A stretch of 64,000 nt of DNA from Leptolyngbyaceae cyanobacterium (GTDB lineage: Bacteria; Cyanobacteriota; Cyanobacteriia; Phormidesmidales; Phormidesmidaceae). The notes beneath the pieces are model-generated. The model saw nothing but the letters and a program-made list of their open reading frames with translations, ran no database searches and had not been told where the DNA came from. Position numbers and translations under genes: made by a program. Location: positions 32,001 through 96,000 of the forward strand of contig JBHJHA010000035.1 in the NCBI GenBank assembly GCA_050331235.1. Reading direction: 5' to 3'. Below, one piece after another: positions 10,750 to 21,838 of this stretch (the first letter of the stretch is position 1; each line of letters begins with the position of its first letter).

Positions 10750-11490
10750 GTGGAACAAAAGCATTCTGACTTTGGTGAAGAGGCGATCAGCAAGACAATG
10801 GAAATTGCCCTCTCGTCACAGCTTGAGCAGGCTGAAGCACTTAACGTGCAGATTGAAGCTGATCCCTTTGACTTGATGGGAGGTGAACTGAAGGCTGCCG
10901 ACATCGACGGTCGAGGTCTAGTCGTCCAAGACAGTCTGAGAACGGAGCAGTTGCAGCTGAAGACCAACGGCATTGCGATCGATCCTGGCAAGGCCGCTTT
11001 TGGTGAAATTAAGTTAACTCGCCCCACCCAAGCGACAACTGTAATTACGCTGACCGCAGCAGATATTGAGCAAGCTTTTAATTCCGATTTTGTGCGGCAA
11101 AAAATTGCAGCGGTGGCAGTGGAACTCAATGGACAAACAACCCATATCTCTGCGAAGCAAATTGAGTTTGAACTGCCTGGAAACCAAAAGATGGCTTTCC
11201 GTGCCGACGTGGCGATCGCAGAAACTCAGGAACCCCAGCAGATCGAATTTAAAGCCGTGCCTAAGATTGGTCCTCAGGGCAACCAAATTATCCTTACTGA
11301 TGTCCAGGTGACGTCTCAAAACTCCTTTCAAGAGTTGACGGACAGATTATTGGAAGCGGCGAGTGAGCTACTGGATTTACGTAACTTTGCCTTGGAAGGG
11401 ATGGAAATGCAGCTACAGCAGATTGATGTGCGCAAAGGAGTCATGGTCCTATACGCCGCCGCTCGCATTACTCAGTTTCCCAACGGCTAA
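10750..11490 (+). CDS. DUF2993/LmeA-like lipid-binding protein
   Basis: GEEAISK...LSSQL, ADIEQAFNS, LLDLRNF pattern of cyanobacterial DUF2993 proteins; start uncertain (ORF opens at 10648, GTG 10750 preferred). Confidence 0.75.
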   Translation: MEQKHSDFGEEAISKTMEIALSSQLEQAEALNVQIEADPFDLMGGELKAADIDGRGLVVQDSLRTEQLQLKTNGIAIDPGKAAFGEIKLTRPTQATTVITLTAADIEQAFNSDFVRQKIAAVAVELNGQTTHISAKQIEFELPGNQKMAFRADVAIAETQEPQQIEFKAVPKIGPQGNQIILTDVQVTSQNSFQELTDRLLEAASELLDLRNFALEGMEMQLQQIDVRKGVMVLYAAARITQFPNG

Positions 11491-11889
11491 GGGGAAGTTT
11501 ATACGGCGATGACGGCTACGGACGGGGGCTTGCTTGATCTCGCTGTGGGTGATCTCGGTGCTTTGAATAAGAGCTCCGTACAGCCCATCCGTTCGAGTTG
11601 CCTGAATGTGCAACTGCTCTACCTGTGTTGCCTTCCCTGACCAAGGGGCGGGGAGATTTATGGCGCCACTTTGCCTCAATGGTTATCAGGTCATCTACCA
11701 AGAGTGCACCCTAGACTGCTATGAGGGATCGATGCCAGTAATCACCGTCACATGTTTTGGCTATCTACAGCACCAATCAGCGCTCAAAATCGCACAGGTC
11801 GATAACGGATGGCATCACCCCACGCATCGTGCCAGCGGGAGAGGATAAGACCATCGAACAGATGCCCCCGCTGAGCTTTGGTAACTCTG

Positions 11890-12036
11890 ATGAAACTCAC
11901 CACGATCTTGAATACCGTTCTTGCTGTGGCTGCAATCGCCCTCGCCGCATCCACCTATGCAGCTCCAGAAATGGAGAGCGGTCTGCGAGGTATCTGGGAT
12001 CAAGGTTCAGAAGCTGTAGTGCTGGAGATGGCTTGA
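11890..12036 (+). CDS. Candidate 48-aa secreted small protein (not in ORF track)
   Basis: MKLTTILNTVLAVAAIALAASTYA-APEMESGLRGIWDQGSEAVVLEMA; Sec signal-like n/h/c regions with T-Y-A cleavage site. Confidence 0.45.
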   Translation: MKLTTILNTVLAVAAIALAASTYAAPEMESGLRGIWDQGSEAVVLEMA

Positions 12037-12089
12037 TATTGCTGTTCCCAAGTTTTTCCTGAGGTTTGACGAACTTAGTGCGCAGTTGT

Positions 12090-13235
12090 CTACCGCGATC
12101 GCCCACCCATCAAGCCTCCGCTTAAGCGGCTGATGGCCCTTTGGGCAACCTCGTCGTAGCCCAGTTTGCCGTTAAAGAGTTTCACAATAGTGGGAGCCGC
12201 GTTGGGGCGCTTGACCCCAATCCGATAGGCTAGCTGCGGCGCTTTGTAAAATACCTGGGCCAGTCGTTTTGCCCAGCGCATGTCTTGACCCCATTCGTCG
12301 CGCATGACCTGGGAGTAGCCCGCTAACGCATCGAGATGCCCCCTTAGTGCCTGGTCAATTGCCTCAGCGGCCTTGACGCCACTAAATAATGCAGGGCGAA
12401 TGCCCTCTGCCGTAAAAGGATCGACGACGCAGGCAGCCTCGCCGACAAGGAGAGCGTTTTGTGTGTGAAGTGGCTGATCGCCATCCCAGGCCAAAATGGG
12501 ATGACCGTGGGCTTTTTGCCGCGACATGTCGACATCGAACTCAGTCGCATACTCTGCGATGGGCGGGCGGAGATCTTGTCGCCGTTGGTTGCCGACGCGC
12601 ATCACACCGCCACCGATGGAGTAACCGTCTGCTTTGGGAAAGTTCCACAAGTAGCCATATTGCACCATACCCATTTCAAGGTACAGCAGTGGGTCAGCGG
12701 GCATTTCACTGCGAGGCTCAATCTCGACAGCGGCGGCGAGCAGATGACGTCGTTTAGTAAAACCTAGCCACTTGGCCATCACGCCGCGTCCCCCATCAGC
12801 CGCAATGAGAAATTTGCCTTCGACGGGCCTGCGCGAGGTTTGCACCTGCCAGCGATCGCCCTGCCACACAATCCCCTGGGCTTTAGTCTCTTGCCGCAGC
12901 TCTGCCCCTTGCTGTTGTGCCTGCTGCACGAGGAAATAGTCAAACTCGTCTCGCCGCACCATCCAAAGCGCTTCGTCAGCGGGCACAACAGCGTCTACTG
13001 GATCGCCCATCTGCCACGTACAGCGGATATGTCGCACCCGGACTGAAATCGCAGGGGAGAAATCAAAGTCAAACCACTCTGCAACCTGGGGGGAGACGCC
13101 GCCACCACAGGGCTTGTAGCGAGGTAGCTTCGCGCGATCAAGCAGCAATACGGAACGACCTTGCTTGGCGAGATGATAAGCAGCCGCGCCACCACTGGGG
13201 CCAGCGCCGACAATAATGCAGTCGTACATGGGCAA
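12090..13235 (-). CDS. Geranylgeranyl reductase family FAD-dependent oxidoreductase
   Basis: DCIIVGAGPSG, PRYKPCGGG, RDEFD, ADG, GYLWNFPK, GEAA...DPFTAEGI. Confidence 0.9.
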   Translation of the reverse strand: MPMYDCIIVGAGPSGGAAAYHLAKQGRSVLLLDRAKLPRYKPCGGGVSPQVAEWFDFDFSPAISVRVRHIRCTWQMGDPVDAVVPADEALWMVRRDEFDYFLVQQAQQQGAELRQETKAQGIVWQGDRWQVQTSRRPVEGKFLIAADGGRGVMAKWLGFTKRRHLLAAAVEIEPRSEMPADPLLYLEMGMVQYGYLWNFPKADGYSIGGGVMRVGNQRRQDLRPPIAEYATEFDVDMSRQKAHGHPILAWDGDQPLHTQNALLVGEAACVVDPFTAEGIRPALFSGVKAAEAIDQALRGHLDALAGYSQVMRDEWGQDMRWAKRLAQVFYKAPQLAYRIGVKRPNAAPTIVKLFNGKLGYDEVAQRAISRLSGGLMGGRSR

Positions 13236-13635
13236 TGACTTTAAAGACTAAACAGGCGTTACTGCCCTATCTTCCCGCAGATTAGAAAGACTCACACAGA
13301 TAGGTGTTGCACTTTTCCAGAGAGGGGTCAATCGATTGAGGCTCCCATCGCTCCATGGAGTCCTGCATGTGTTCTCGAAGTGCATCAAAGGTCATCTGCC
13401 TTCCAAACTTGACCTCGCCAAAGATCAAACCCATCTCTCTTTTATTGGACTTGCGCAGTTGCATCCGGTTTTGGCCCCTTCATCCCTAAATATAGGGAAA
13501 CCGGATACACCTTTCCTCCGGATTGGGGGAAACAAGGGGGGATTGCGGAAGCTCAAGTTTGCTTGCCTCCATCCCCTTTTCTGAATATTGCTTCGACAAA
13601 AAATAATGAATGTTATGGGTCTCAAGTCAAGGGCG

Positions 13636-16179
13636 TTACACGCCAACAATAAGCCACCAAAGCATGGCCGTAAGGCTGACCGTTGCCAAGTGCTGAGGCA
13701 GTAGCAGACGTACTGGATAGCGGGCAATTTTTTGGGTGAGGACGATCGCGAGCCCTGCTCCGATCATCAGCGATGTGCCCTGCAGAAAGGCAATCACCGC
13801 TGGATGAGCCACAACGACTGGCAAATTGACTCCCGATAGGCCAATTGTCGCCGCACTCACGGGTAAAACTCGCCCCGCCTCGGTCAAAAAGAGCCTGAGA
13901 TAGTGGGCCAGCGTGCCCATCAGTACGAGGGGCAGATATCCATAGGCTAGTTCTTGAAAGGGACGAGGTTTACGGGTTGGTGTCAGCTTATGTATGGCTG
14001 TGAGTAGGGCTTGGGCCGTGAGGGGCAACAGCGCTGGCAGTAACAGGAGGGCGATCGCCGCGCCGCTATGTATCCAGAAATTGCTTAGATCTAATGGCCG
14101 GTCCAGTGCCTGTAGCAGCTCGGGCAACCGATGGAGGAATATGCCATCGAGCAATAGCAGCAGCAGGGCTACCTCATAAAGGCGGGGCGTATGAGTCGTC
14201 CACAGCTCAATGCCAGGAGGACGCAAATTGAACTCAACCGAGCGATGGGGGCAGGCTTTGAGGCAGGTCATGCACAATACGCAGTCACGATTTTCCTCAA
14301 GCTGGGCTGGATGGGAGTAGATCGGACAGCCCCCGGTTTCCTGTCCTTCTCCTTTGGCTGGTCCCCCTTTGTAGCATTGATAGGTGGTGCATTCGGCTGA
14401 GCAGGTGCCCTGCTGGGCCCGCAGCTCCGTCATTGAGAGCTTGGCGTACAGGCCATTCATGCCGCCAATGGGGCATAAATAGCGGCACCAAAACCGCCGC
14501 TCAAACAACTGAGAAAAGACGATCGCCCCTGCGGTAATGAGCAGCAGCAGGCAAGAGGATAAGTAAGCGGTATTTTGCAGCTCCCAAAGTTCTTCCCAGA
14601 GAAGGATCAGCGCAAATAGGCCAAAAAGAAACCATCCACCCCAGCGTTCTGCAGCTTCCCGGGGCCAACGTTTGAGTTGGCGCGGCCAGAGCCTAAGCGA
14701 CAGGGTCTGTAATGCTTCGCCGTAAATCATAAACGGACACACCGCACACCAGACTCGCCCCAAGAAGGGAAACACCAGCAAAATGATGGGCCACCACCAA
14801 GCCCAAAAGAAATTGAGCGCAATGTTTTGATCGCGGGTCTGGGGACCCAGCCAAAGGACGGCGTTGATGAGGGCAAAAACGCCGAGTGTGAATCCATAGT
14901 TGATGCGATCGGGCCACCACGAACTGCGCAAGAAGCGGCGCAGAGTGGGATAAGCATTCAGCAGATTGAGACGAAACTGTTTCTTTTTGCTTTGGGAGGG
15001 CCAGAGAATTTCTTCGGTGAGAACGGTGCCGTGCACGGCTTGTGACAGTGCCCGAGATACCAGGCTTTCTAGCTCCCTCAAATTATTGGGAAAGTCGTAG
15101 GCTTGCAACCGGCGGATGGCCTCGGGTGTAACCGAGATTTTCTGCTGGCCTCGGGCGCGGCTAATCAGACTGATGTAGTAGCTCACATAGTCTTCGATAT
15201 CGGCCTTGCGGACTCTTAGGGGCGGCACCTTAATTTGAGTATTGGTCGCCGCGCTGAGCTCCGGCATGGGACGCTCCGCAATCAAGATGAAGTGTGCCTG
15301 GGTCTCTCTTTCGGCAACGGCTTCCTGTGGATCGCGGTTCACCGGCTGATAGGTTTGCTGGGTCAACAGTTGGGCGATCGCTCCAATCAGCGACTGCGGC
15401 AACTCTTCTACATTGTTGAGTACTAGCGTGCCGCGATCAAGGGCTTCGAGGAGCCCCGGCTTCCCACCCACGCGGCCAAAGAGTTCGGCCCCGCTCGCTT
15501 GCAGCCGGGCACAATCGACTTTGATGATAGGCTGACGCCGATTGTCGGAACTGTAATGGATCAGGGCTGCAATGTTGTCTTTTTCAACTCCCGGCTCTCC
15601 AAAAATCAGAACCGAACTACAGCGATTGGCGCATTCCTTGAAGGCATCGCGGATTTGCTGACGCAACCGTTGGGCATAGCGGCTGCGGCCAATCACCCCG
15701 CGTCGAGCTTTGGTCACTAGGTAGGGGCGCAAAATATCCTGACGGGCTTGTTCGTAGGTGAGTTGAAAAGCCACCTGACGCAACTCAGCGGCAATCTGTT
15801 GAGAAAACACCTGCATGATTTCAGGATGACGAGCCTGAAATTCCTGAAACTGCTCCGCGGCCACAAACCAAAAGCGACAGTCGCTCAGGGTCATCACGGT
15901 CTTTTCGACAGGCTCATGAAGTAGGAGCGATCGCAGGTTGAGCACCGAGCCAGGCAAAAAGCTCATGGGGCGGCTCGTGCCAGGTTTATGTTCTAAGCGG
16001 CCTGTTTCTAAAATGTAGAGCCCATCTGGTGGGGTGTCAGCGACCACTACTGCTTGGTGAGGCGGTAAGCGGCGGACCTCAATGTGCTCGCTCAAGGCGA
16101 TCGCTGCGGCTTCGTTTAAAGCGCTGAGAGCCGAGCGTTCGCGGAGCCAAATAACGCTGTCTTGTGCAGTAGCTCCCAT
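13636..16179 (-). CDS. cNMP-binding domain + degenerate sigma54-activator-like AAA domain + membrane 4Fe-4S (NosR/RdxA-like) protein
   Basis: N-terminal GLYILETG cNMP fold, VLIFGEPGVEKD, IKVPPLRVRKADI, YDFPNNLRELE, many TM helices, WCAVCP, WCRYLCP, CVLCMTCLKACP. Confidence 0.85.
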   Translation of the reverse strand: MGATAQDSVIWLRERSALSALNEAAAIALSEHIEVRRLPPHQAVVVADTPPDGLYILETGRLEHKPGTSRPMSFLPGSVLNLRSLLLHEPVEKTVMTLSDCRFWFVAAEQFQEFQARHPEIMQVFSQQIAAELRQVAFQLTYEQARQDILRPYLVTKARRGVIGRSRYAQRLRQQIRDAFKECANRCSSVLIFGEPGVEKDNIAALIHYSSDNRRQPIIKVDCARLQASGAELFGRVGGKPGLLEALDRGTLVLNNVEELPQSLIGAIAQLLTQQTYQPVNRDPQEAVAERETQAHFILIAERPMPELSAATNTQIKVPPLRVRKADIEDYVSYYISLISRARGQQKISVTPEAIRRLQAYDFPNNLRELESLVSRALSQAVHGTVLTEEILWPSQSKKKQFRLNLLNAYPTLRRFLRSSWWPDRINYGFTLGVFALINAVLWLGPQTRDQNIALNFFWAWWWPIILLVFPFLGRVWCAVCPFMIYGEALQTLSLRLWPRQLKRWPREAAERWGGWFLFGLFALILLWEELWELQNTAYLSSCLLLLITAGAIVFSQLFERRFWCRYLCPIGGMNGLYAKLSMTELRAQQGTCSAECTTYQCYKGGPAKGEGQETGGCPIYSHPAQLEENRDCVLCMTCLKACPHRSVEFNLRPPGIELWTTHTPRLYEVALLLLLLDGIFLHRLPELLQALDRPLDLSNFWIHSGAAIALLLLPALLPLTAQALLTAIHKLTPTRKPRPFQELAYGYLPLVLMGTLAHYLRLFLTEAGRVLPVSAATIGLSGVNLPVVVAHPAVIAFLQGTSLMIGAGLAIVLTQKIARYPVRLLLPQHLATVSLTAMLWWLIVGV

Positions 16180-16597
16180 CGTGCGACCCTCGCTGCAATA
16201 CGCTAAACGGTGTGATTGGATAGCCGGAGATGCTCCTATGATAAATCCCGGAGATTTATGGGTACCGTTTGCGTTACTTGGTGTAATCGTGATGGCTGCA
16301 GTTTGCTTTGTCCGTGTGTAAAGCTAAGCTAAGTCACTGCCAACTCTATTGCGATCGCTTGGGCCGGCAATAGGCAAATTTCTATCGCCAGGTCGATCCT
16401 TTATCTCCAGCTTTGACTGGATCTTGGCCCACCAGTCAAGGGCTTGCCAAGGTTTGGATGGTGGTGCAGTAGCCTGACTCAGCCTGTTCCCTCAGGTCAA
16501 CAAGACCAACGATATGTTGCAAGGTGTTGACTTTGGCGTAGTATTATTGGGGGCAGGATTGACCGTATCATACGCTAGACGCAAGGACTATATTGCT

Positions 16598-17293
16598 ATG
16601 CAACAGTTGGATATCACTCCTGCACTCGATTACCAGTCTGAAAACTACAAAGACGCCTACAGCCGAATCAACGCGATCGTAATCGAGGGAGAGCAAGAGG
16701 CTTTCGATAACTACTGTAAGTTGGCAGAACTGCTTCCTGAATCTAAGGACGACCTGATCCGTCTAGCCAAGATGGAAAAGCGCCACATGAAAGGATTTCA
16801 GGCTTGCGGTAAAAACCTGTCTGTAGTTGCTGATATGGATTTTGCCAAAGCCTTCTTTGAGCAACTGCATCAAAACTTCAAGGATGCTTGGGCGGAGGGC
16901 AAGATTGTTACTTGCTTACTGATTCAATCCCTCATTATTGAGACCTTTGCAATTTCCGCGTACAACATTTACATACCTGTTGCCGATGATTTTGCCCGCA
17001 AGATCACCGAAGGGGTTGTCAAAGACGAGTACACTCACCTCAACTTTGGGGAAGAGTGGCTCAAAGCTAACTTCGAAGCTTCTAGGGCTGAGTTGGAAGC
17101 GGCTAACCGGCAGAATCTACCCATCGTGTGGGCAATGCTGAATCAAGTCGCTGATGATGCCAACGTACTCGGCATGGAAAAGGAAGCGCTCATCGAGGAT
17201 TTTATGATTACTTACGGTGAGGCCCTCAGCAATATTGGTTTTTCGAGTCGTGAAGTTATGAAGCTATCGGCTCAAGGGCTAGCAACTGCGTAA
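16598..17293 (+). CDS. ado: Aldehyde-deformylating oxygenase
   Basis: [19 protein letters not shown]; ExxH di-iron motifs (EKRH, EYTH); AAGGA before ATG 16598. Confidence 0.97.
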   Translation: MQQLDITPALDYQSENYKDAYSRINAIVIEGEQEAFDNYCKLAELLPESKDDLIRLAKMEKRHMKGFQACGKNLSVVADMDFAKAFFEQLHQNFKDAWAEGKIVTCLLIQSLIIETFAISAYNIYIPVADDFARKITEGVVKDEYTHLNFGEEWLKANFEASRAELEAANRQNLPIVWAMLNQVADDANVLGMEKEALIEDFMITYGEALSNIGFSSREVMKLSAQGLATA

Positions 17294-17543
17294 TTTTCAA
17301 TGGTGAAACTCGTTAGGCACAGCGGTGGCTGACTCAGGCCAGTCTCTGCTGTGCTTGGTTGTATATGGGCGGTTGCAGCCAATGCCTCTAGATTGATTGC
17401 AGTCGCTTTGTCCGCAGCGAAGGTATCTCTGCCGACGGATTAGACAACTTGTAGATTTCCCTTGGTCCCGGTCTGCCCTAAGATATCTGGAGAAAGCTCG
17501 GAAGCTTTCTGCGCTTCCATTATAGGTGACCCCTAAAAGTACG

Positions 17544-18596
17544 ATGTTTGGCTTAATTGGACATTTGACCAGTCTCGACCACGCTCAATCGGTAGCCCGC
17601 GATCTGGGGTATCCTGAATATGCTGATCAGGGGCTCGATTTTTGGTGTAGTGCCCCACCTCAAATCGTTGACAACATCAAGGTCACTAGCGCAACTGGGC
17701 AAATCATCGAGGGACGTTACGTAGAATCTTGCTTTTTGCCAGAAATGTTGGCTGCACGCCGCATCAAAACGGCTGCGCGCAAAGTTATCAATGCCATGGC
17801 CCATGCGCAAAAGAATGGTATCGATATCACTGCCCTCGGTGGCTTTTCGTCCATCATTTTTGAAAATTTCAACCTCAACCAGATGAAGCAGGTACGCAAT
17901 GTTTCTCTGGAATTTGAGCGTTTTACCACTGGCAATACCCATACGGCCTATATTATTTGCCGTCAGGTGGAGGCAGCCTCGCGGCAGCTAGGAATTAATC
18001 TTTCTAAGGCGACTGTGGCGGTTTGTGGGGCAACGGGAGATATTGGCAGTGCTGTTTGTCGCTGGTTGACGGCCCGAACTGATGTTCAAGAGCTGTTACT
18101 GGTTGCCCGCAATCAAGAGCGACTACAAACTTTGCAGGCGGAATTGGGGCGTGGGGCGATCGCTGACAACTTAGAATCGGCTGTCTCCCAAGCAGATATT
18201 GTCGTCTGGGTCGCCAGTATGCCCAAAGGCGTCACCATCGACCCCCGAATTTTGAAGCGACCTTGTCTGATGATCGATGGGGGCTATCCCAAAAACTTAG
18301 ATACCCGTTTTAATGCTGAAGGCATCTACGTTTTGAAGGGTGGCATTGTTGAGCACTCACTCGATATTGACTGGCGCATCATGAGCATCGTCAACATGGA
18401 TGTGCCAGCGCGCCAGCTATTTGCCTGCTTTGCTGAGTCGATGCTTTTAGAGTTTGAAAAGTGGTATACCAATTTTTCCTGGGGACGTAATCAAATCACC
18501 TTAGACAAGATGGATATGATTGGTCAGTCATCTGTGCGGCACGGTTTCAGACCTTTACTAGATTTGCACTCCTCAACAGTGCCTTCAGAAGCCTAG
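17544..18596 (+). CDS. aar: Long-chain acyl-ACP reductase
   Basis: [41 protein letters not shown]; directly follows ado. Confidence 0.97.
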   Translation: MFGLIGHLTSLDHAQSVARDLGYPEYADQGLDFWCSAPPQIVDNIKVTSATGQIIEGRYVESCFLPEMLAARRIKTAARKVINAMAHAQKNGIDITALGGFSSIIFENFNLNQMKQVRNVSLEFERFTTGNTHTAYIICRQVEAASRQLGINLSKATVAVCGATGDIGSAVCRWLTARTDVQELLLVARNQERLQTLQAELGRGAIADNLESAVSQADIVVWVASMPKGVTIDPRILKRPCLMIDGGYPKNLDTRFNAEGIYVLKGGIVEHSLDIDWRIMSIVNMDVPARQLFACFAESMLLEFEKWYTNFSWGRNQITLDKMDMIGQSSVRHGFRPLLDLHSSTVPSEA

Positions 18597-18828
18597 GTGA
18601 TCTTCAGGGCCTTTACTCTGCTTCCCAGCGTTTGCAAGCTGCTTTGACCGCTTGAGGTTAAGCTTTGCTGGCTTGAATCAGGAAATTGGGTTGAGGTGTT
18701 GACTTTTCAGAGAGAAAAATAAGAACCGCTATGCTTTGAGAGTGGTCCTGATCGAACGGCCTGTCGATTGCCTGGGAAAGTAGTTGCTATGGCCAATCCC
18801 CTCATTCCTGTAGTCCGAGTCATAACCC

Positions 18829-19818
18829 ATGTCCCAACGTAAAACGATCCTGTTAGCCTTTGAGAAGCCCCTCGTCGAACTGGAAGGGCGCATCAGTCAA
18901 ATTAGAGATCTCGCAGATGATAATGATGTCGATGTTTCGACCCAACTGCGGCAGCTAGAGTCTCGTGCCGATCAACTACGTCAGGAGATTTTTGCTAGTT
19001 TGACTCCCGCACAGCGACTACAGGTAGCGCGTCATCCTCGGCGACCTAGTACGCTTGATTACATTCAAGCAGTTAGCGACGAATGGATGGAGCTCCATGG
19101 CGATCGCAGCTCTGGTAAGGATGATTTGGCCCTCATTGGCGGTATTGCTCGCTTTGAAGGGCGTCCAGTGGTGATGTTGGGGCATCAAAAAGGCCGAGAC
19201 ACGAAAGACAATGTGGCTCGTAACTTTGGCATGGCCTCTCCGGGGGGATATCGGAAAGCCATGCGATTGATGCAGCATGCCAATCGCTTCAACATGCCTA
19301 TTTTTACGTTCATCGATACCCCCGGTGCTTTTCCCGGTTATGAAGCCGAGGAAATGGGGCAAGGTGAGGCGATCGCCTTCAACCTGCGAGAAATGTTTTC
19401 CCTCGATGTACCAATCATTTGCACCGTTATTGGTGAGGGGGGATCTGGGGGCGCATTGGGAATTGGCGTCGGCGATTGCCTGATGATGTTTGAGCATTCT
19501 GTGTATACGGTGGCTAGCCCTGAGGCCTGTGCCGCTATTTTGTGGAAGGATGCGGGACGTTCGGAAGAAGCGGCCGAAGCGCTCAAGATCACGGCGGTTG
19601 ATTTGAGAAATTTAGGGATCTTGGACGTGCTGTTGCCTGAGCCCTTGGGTGGGGCCCATGCCGATCCGTTGAAAGCGACGGAAATACTGCGCGAGGCACT
19701 ACGCGAGAATTTGGAAACTCTGTTAGCGCTGTCTTCTGCGGAGCGACGAGATTTGCGCTATCGCAAGTTTCGGCAGGTCGGTGTGTTTTCAGAGTCTGGG
19801 CAAAATGGCCAGTTCTAG
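18829..19818 (+). CDS. accA: Acetyl-CoA carboxylase carboxyltransferase alpha subunit
   Basis: [33 protein letters not shown]. Confidence 0.97.
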   Translation: MSQRKTILLAFEKPLVELEGRISQIRDLADDNDVDVSTQLRQLESRADQLRQEIFASLTPAQRLQVARHPRRPSTLDYIQAVSDEWMELHGDRSSGKDDLALIGGIARFEGRPVVMLGHQKGRDTKDNVARNFGMASPGGYRKAMRLMQHANRFNMPIFTFIDTPGAFPGYEAEEMGQGEAIAFNLREMFSLDVPIICTVIGEGGSGGALGIGVGDCLMMFEHSVYTVASPEACAAILWKDAGRSEEAAEALKITAVDLRNLGILDVLLPEPLGGAHADPLKATEILREALRENLETLLALSSAERRDLRYRKFRQVGVFSESGQNGQF

Positions 19819-20108
19819 CGATCGCAGTTAGCACCATTAAGGCTTTTCGGCGGATGTGGCTGACGCGTTCTCCAGGGTGAGCACGCACTGATTCGCCAGG
19901 AGCCGTCCCCATTCGTTGGCTGCTATGCTCGGCCGGGAAATCTGAGAAATTCGTCAAAAGGTGTTTACGTTTGTTAACATCGTAATTACGGCAATTTTAA
20001 GCAAGTGCTCAAGAGTTCCTCAGATTTATCTAGCATTTTTGATGGGAGTGGCAATAGCTTTTGAGGTTGACCGCCTACTCATCAATTTTTTGAACATTTG
20101 GTTTATTC

Positions 20109-20834
20109 ATGACTTCTGCAATCCAACGGCGGGCTTTGATTACGGGTGCCAGCAGCGGTATCGGCCGCGAAACGGCGATCGCCTTCGCCCAAGCCGGTAT
20201 CGACACCGCGCTGGTTGCTCGCTCATCCTCAAAGCTAGTAGCCCTGGCGGCGGAGTTATCCCAGTTGGGGATTGAGGCGCGACCTTATTCGATTGATCTT
20301 AGCCAAGTTGACACTGTGAAGTCTGAGCTGTCAGCTTTAATTGCTGATTTTGGCCCTATCAATATCCTGGTCAACAACGCCGGGATGGGCTACACCGGCG
20401 CCCTCAGTGATATGCCTCTGACCGATTGGCAGCAGGTGATGAATCTCAATTTGACCAGTGCGTTTTTGGCGATGCAGGCAGTCCTGCCGACGATGCGAGC
20501 TCAGGGAAAAGGCACCATCATTAACATCGCCTCGATTGCTGCTCATAACGCGTTTCCAACGTGGGGAGCATACAGCGCGAGCAAAGCTGGCTTAGTGACG
20601 CTGGGCCGTATTTTCGGCGTTGAGGAGGGTGAGCACGGCATTCGAGTTATGACGATATCTCCTGGGGCGGTAAATACGCCGCTGTGGGATACCGGGACAG
20701 TTCACGTTGATTTTGAGCGATCGCAGATGTTGACGCCTGCAATCGTCGCTCAAAACGTCCTCAACGCTGTCCAACTGCCAGATTCCGCGGTTATTGACGA
20801 AATCACGTTGATGCCTAGCGGAGGGGCCCTGTAA
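20109..20834 (+). CDS. Short-chain dehydrogenase/reductase
   Basis: TGASSGIG, NNAG, YSASK; usual neighbour of accA-folE in cyanobacteria. Confidence 0.93.
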   Translation: MTSAIQRRALITGASSGIGRETAIAFAQAGIDTALVARSSSKLVALAAELSQLGIEARPYSIDLSQVDTVKSELSALIADFGPINILVNNAGMGYTGALSDMPLTDWQQVMNLNLTSAFLAMQAVLPTMRAQGKGTIINIASIAAHNAFPTWGAYSASKAGLVTLGRIFGVEEGEHGIRVMTISPGAVNTPLWDTGTVHVDFERSQMLTPAIVAQNVLNAVQLPDSAVIDEITLMPSGGAL

Positions 20835-20900
20835 AAGAATCGAAGCTCATCGATTTTAGGGCGATTTTGAACCGCTTGGAGAACTACTTACAGAATTACT

Positions 20901-21623
20901 ATGACTACCGTTTCTTCTAACACCAACAATGGTGCTAATTTGTCGAGCAGTACGGCAGATATTGATGTGAGCCAGAAGGGTATGACGGCAATCCGGCCGG
21001 ACCGGAGTACTGTCCACGGTGAAAGCGCCATGGCCAAGCCGGTGTCTGACGAAAGTCATTTAGCCATGATGGATGCCGTGCGTACGATGCTGATCTCTTT
21101 GGGCGAAGATCCAGACCGGGAGGGGCTGCTTAAAACCCCTAAGCGGGTAGCTGAAGCCATGCGGTTTTTAACTAGCGGCTATAGTCAGTCTTTGGATGAT
21201 TTGGTCAATAACGCAATTTTTGATGAAGGCCATAACGAAATGGTGTTGGTCCGTGACATTACTCTGTTTAGCTTATGTGAGCACCATATGTTGCCGTTTA
21301 TGGGGCGGGCCCATGTAGCTTACATCCCCAAGCAGCGGGTTGTGGGTCTGAGCAAGCTAGCCCGGATTGTCGAGATGTACTCTCGCCGCTTGCAGGTACA
21401 GGAGCGCCTCACTCGCCAAGTGGCGGAGGCTATTCAAGAAGTTTTGGATCCGCAAGGGGTTGCCGTCGTGGTCGAAGCAAGTCACATGTGTATGTCAATG
21501 CGTGGTGTCCAGAAGCCCGGTTCATGGACGGTGACGAGTGCAATGTTGGGGTGTTTTCAAGAGGATTCTAAGACCCGAGAAGAGTTTTTGAGCTTAGTAC
21601 GTCATCAACCTTCCCTTTTCTAA
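20901..21623 (+). CDS. folE: GTP cyclohydrolase I
   Basis: [41 protein letters not shown]. Confidence 0.97.
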   Translation: MTTVSSNTNNGANLSSSTADIDVSQKGMTAIRPDRSTVHGESAMAKPVSDESHLAMMDAVRTMLISLGEDPDREGLLKTPKRVAEAMRFLTSGYSQSLDDLVNNAIFDEGHNEMVLVRDITLFSLCEHHMLPFMGRAHVAYIPKQRVVGLSKLARIVEMYSRRLQVQERLTRQVAEAIQEVLDPQGVAVVVEASHMCMSMRGVQKPGSWTVTSAMLGCFQEDSKTREEFLSLVRHQPSLF

Positions 21624-21682
21624 CGTTGGTCTTATGACCTGTGGGAGCCCGGTATGGCTCATTATCTAGGTCTTTAGATTTG

Positions 21683-21719
21683 ACCGGAATGGACTTCGAG
21701 TTTGTTCCGGTTTTGTTTT
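21683..21719 (+). terminator. Probable intrinsic terminator after folE
   Basis: ACCGGAA...TTCCGGT stem extended by G-U pairs, followed by TTTGTTTT. Confidence 0.55.
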
Positions 21720-21838
21720 GAGACGTACTGATGGCGGCATCCCAATTGATTTGTTGCGGTAAGGGAGTCGGGGTTAGGTGAAGGGCTAAAGCTGAGAATG
21801 TCGGTTTAAAGGTGTCTAACTGAGCCGCTTGCGCCCGA

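Noticed and set aside
13282..13600. 60-aa ORF and a G/C-run repeat-like tract
   Set aside because: No recognisable family and no second copy in the window
16598..21623. ado-aar-accA-SDR-folE as a novel cluster
   Set aside because: Well-known conserved cyanobacterial arrangement
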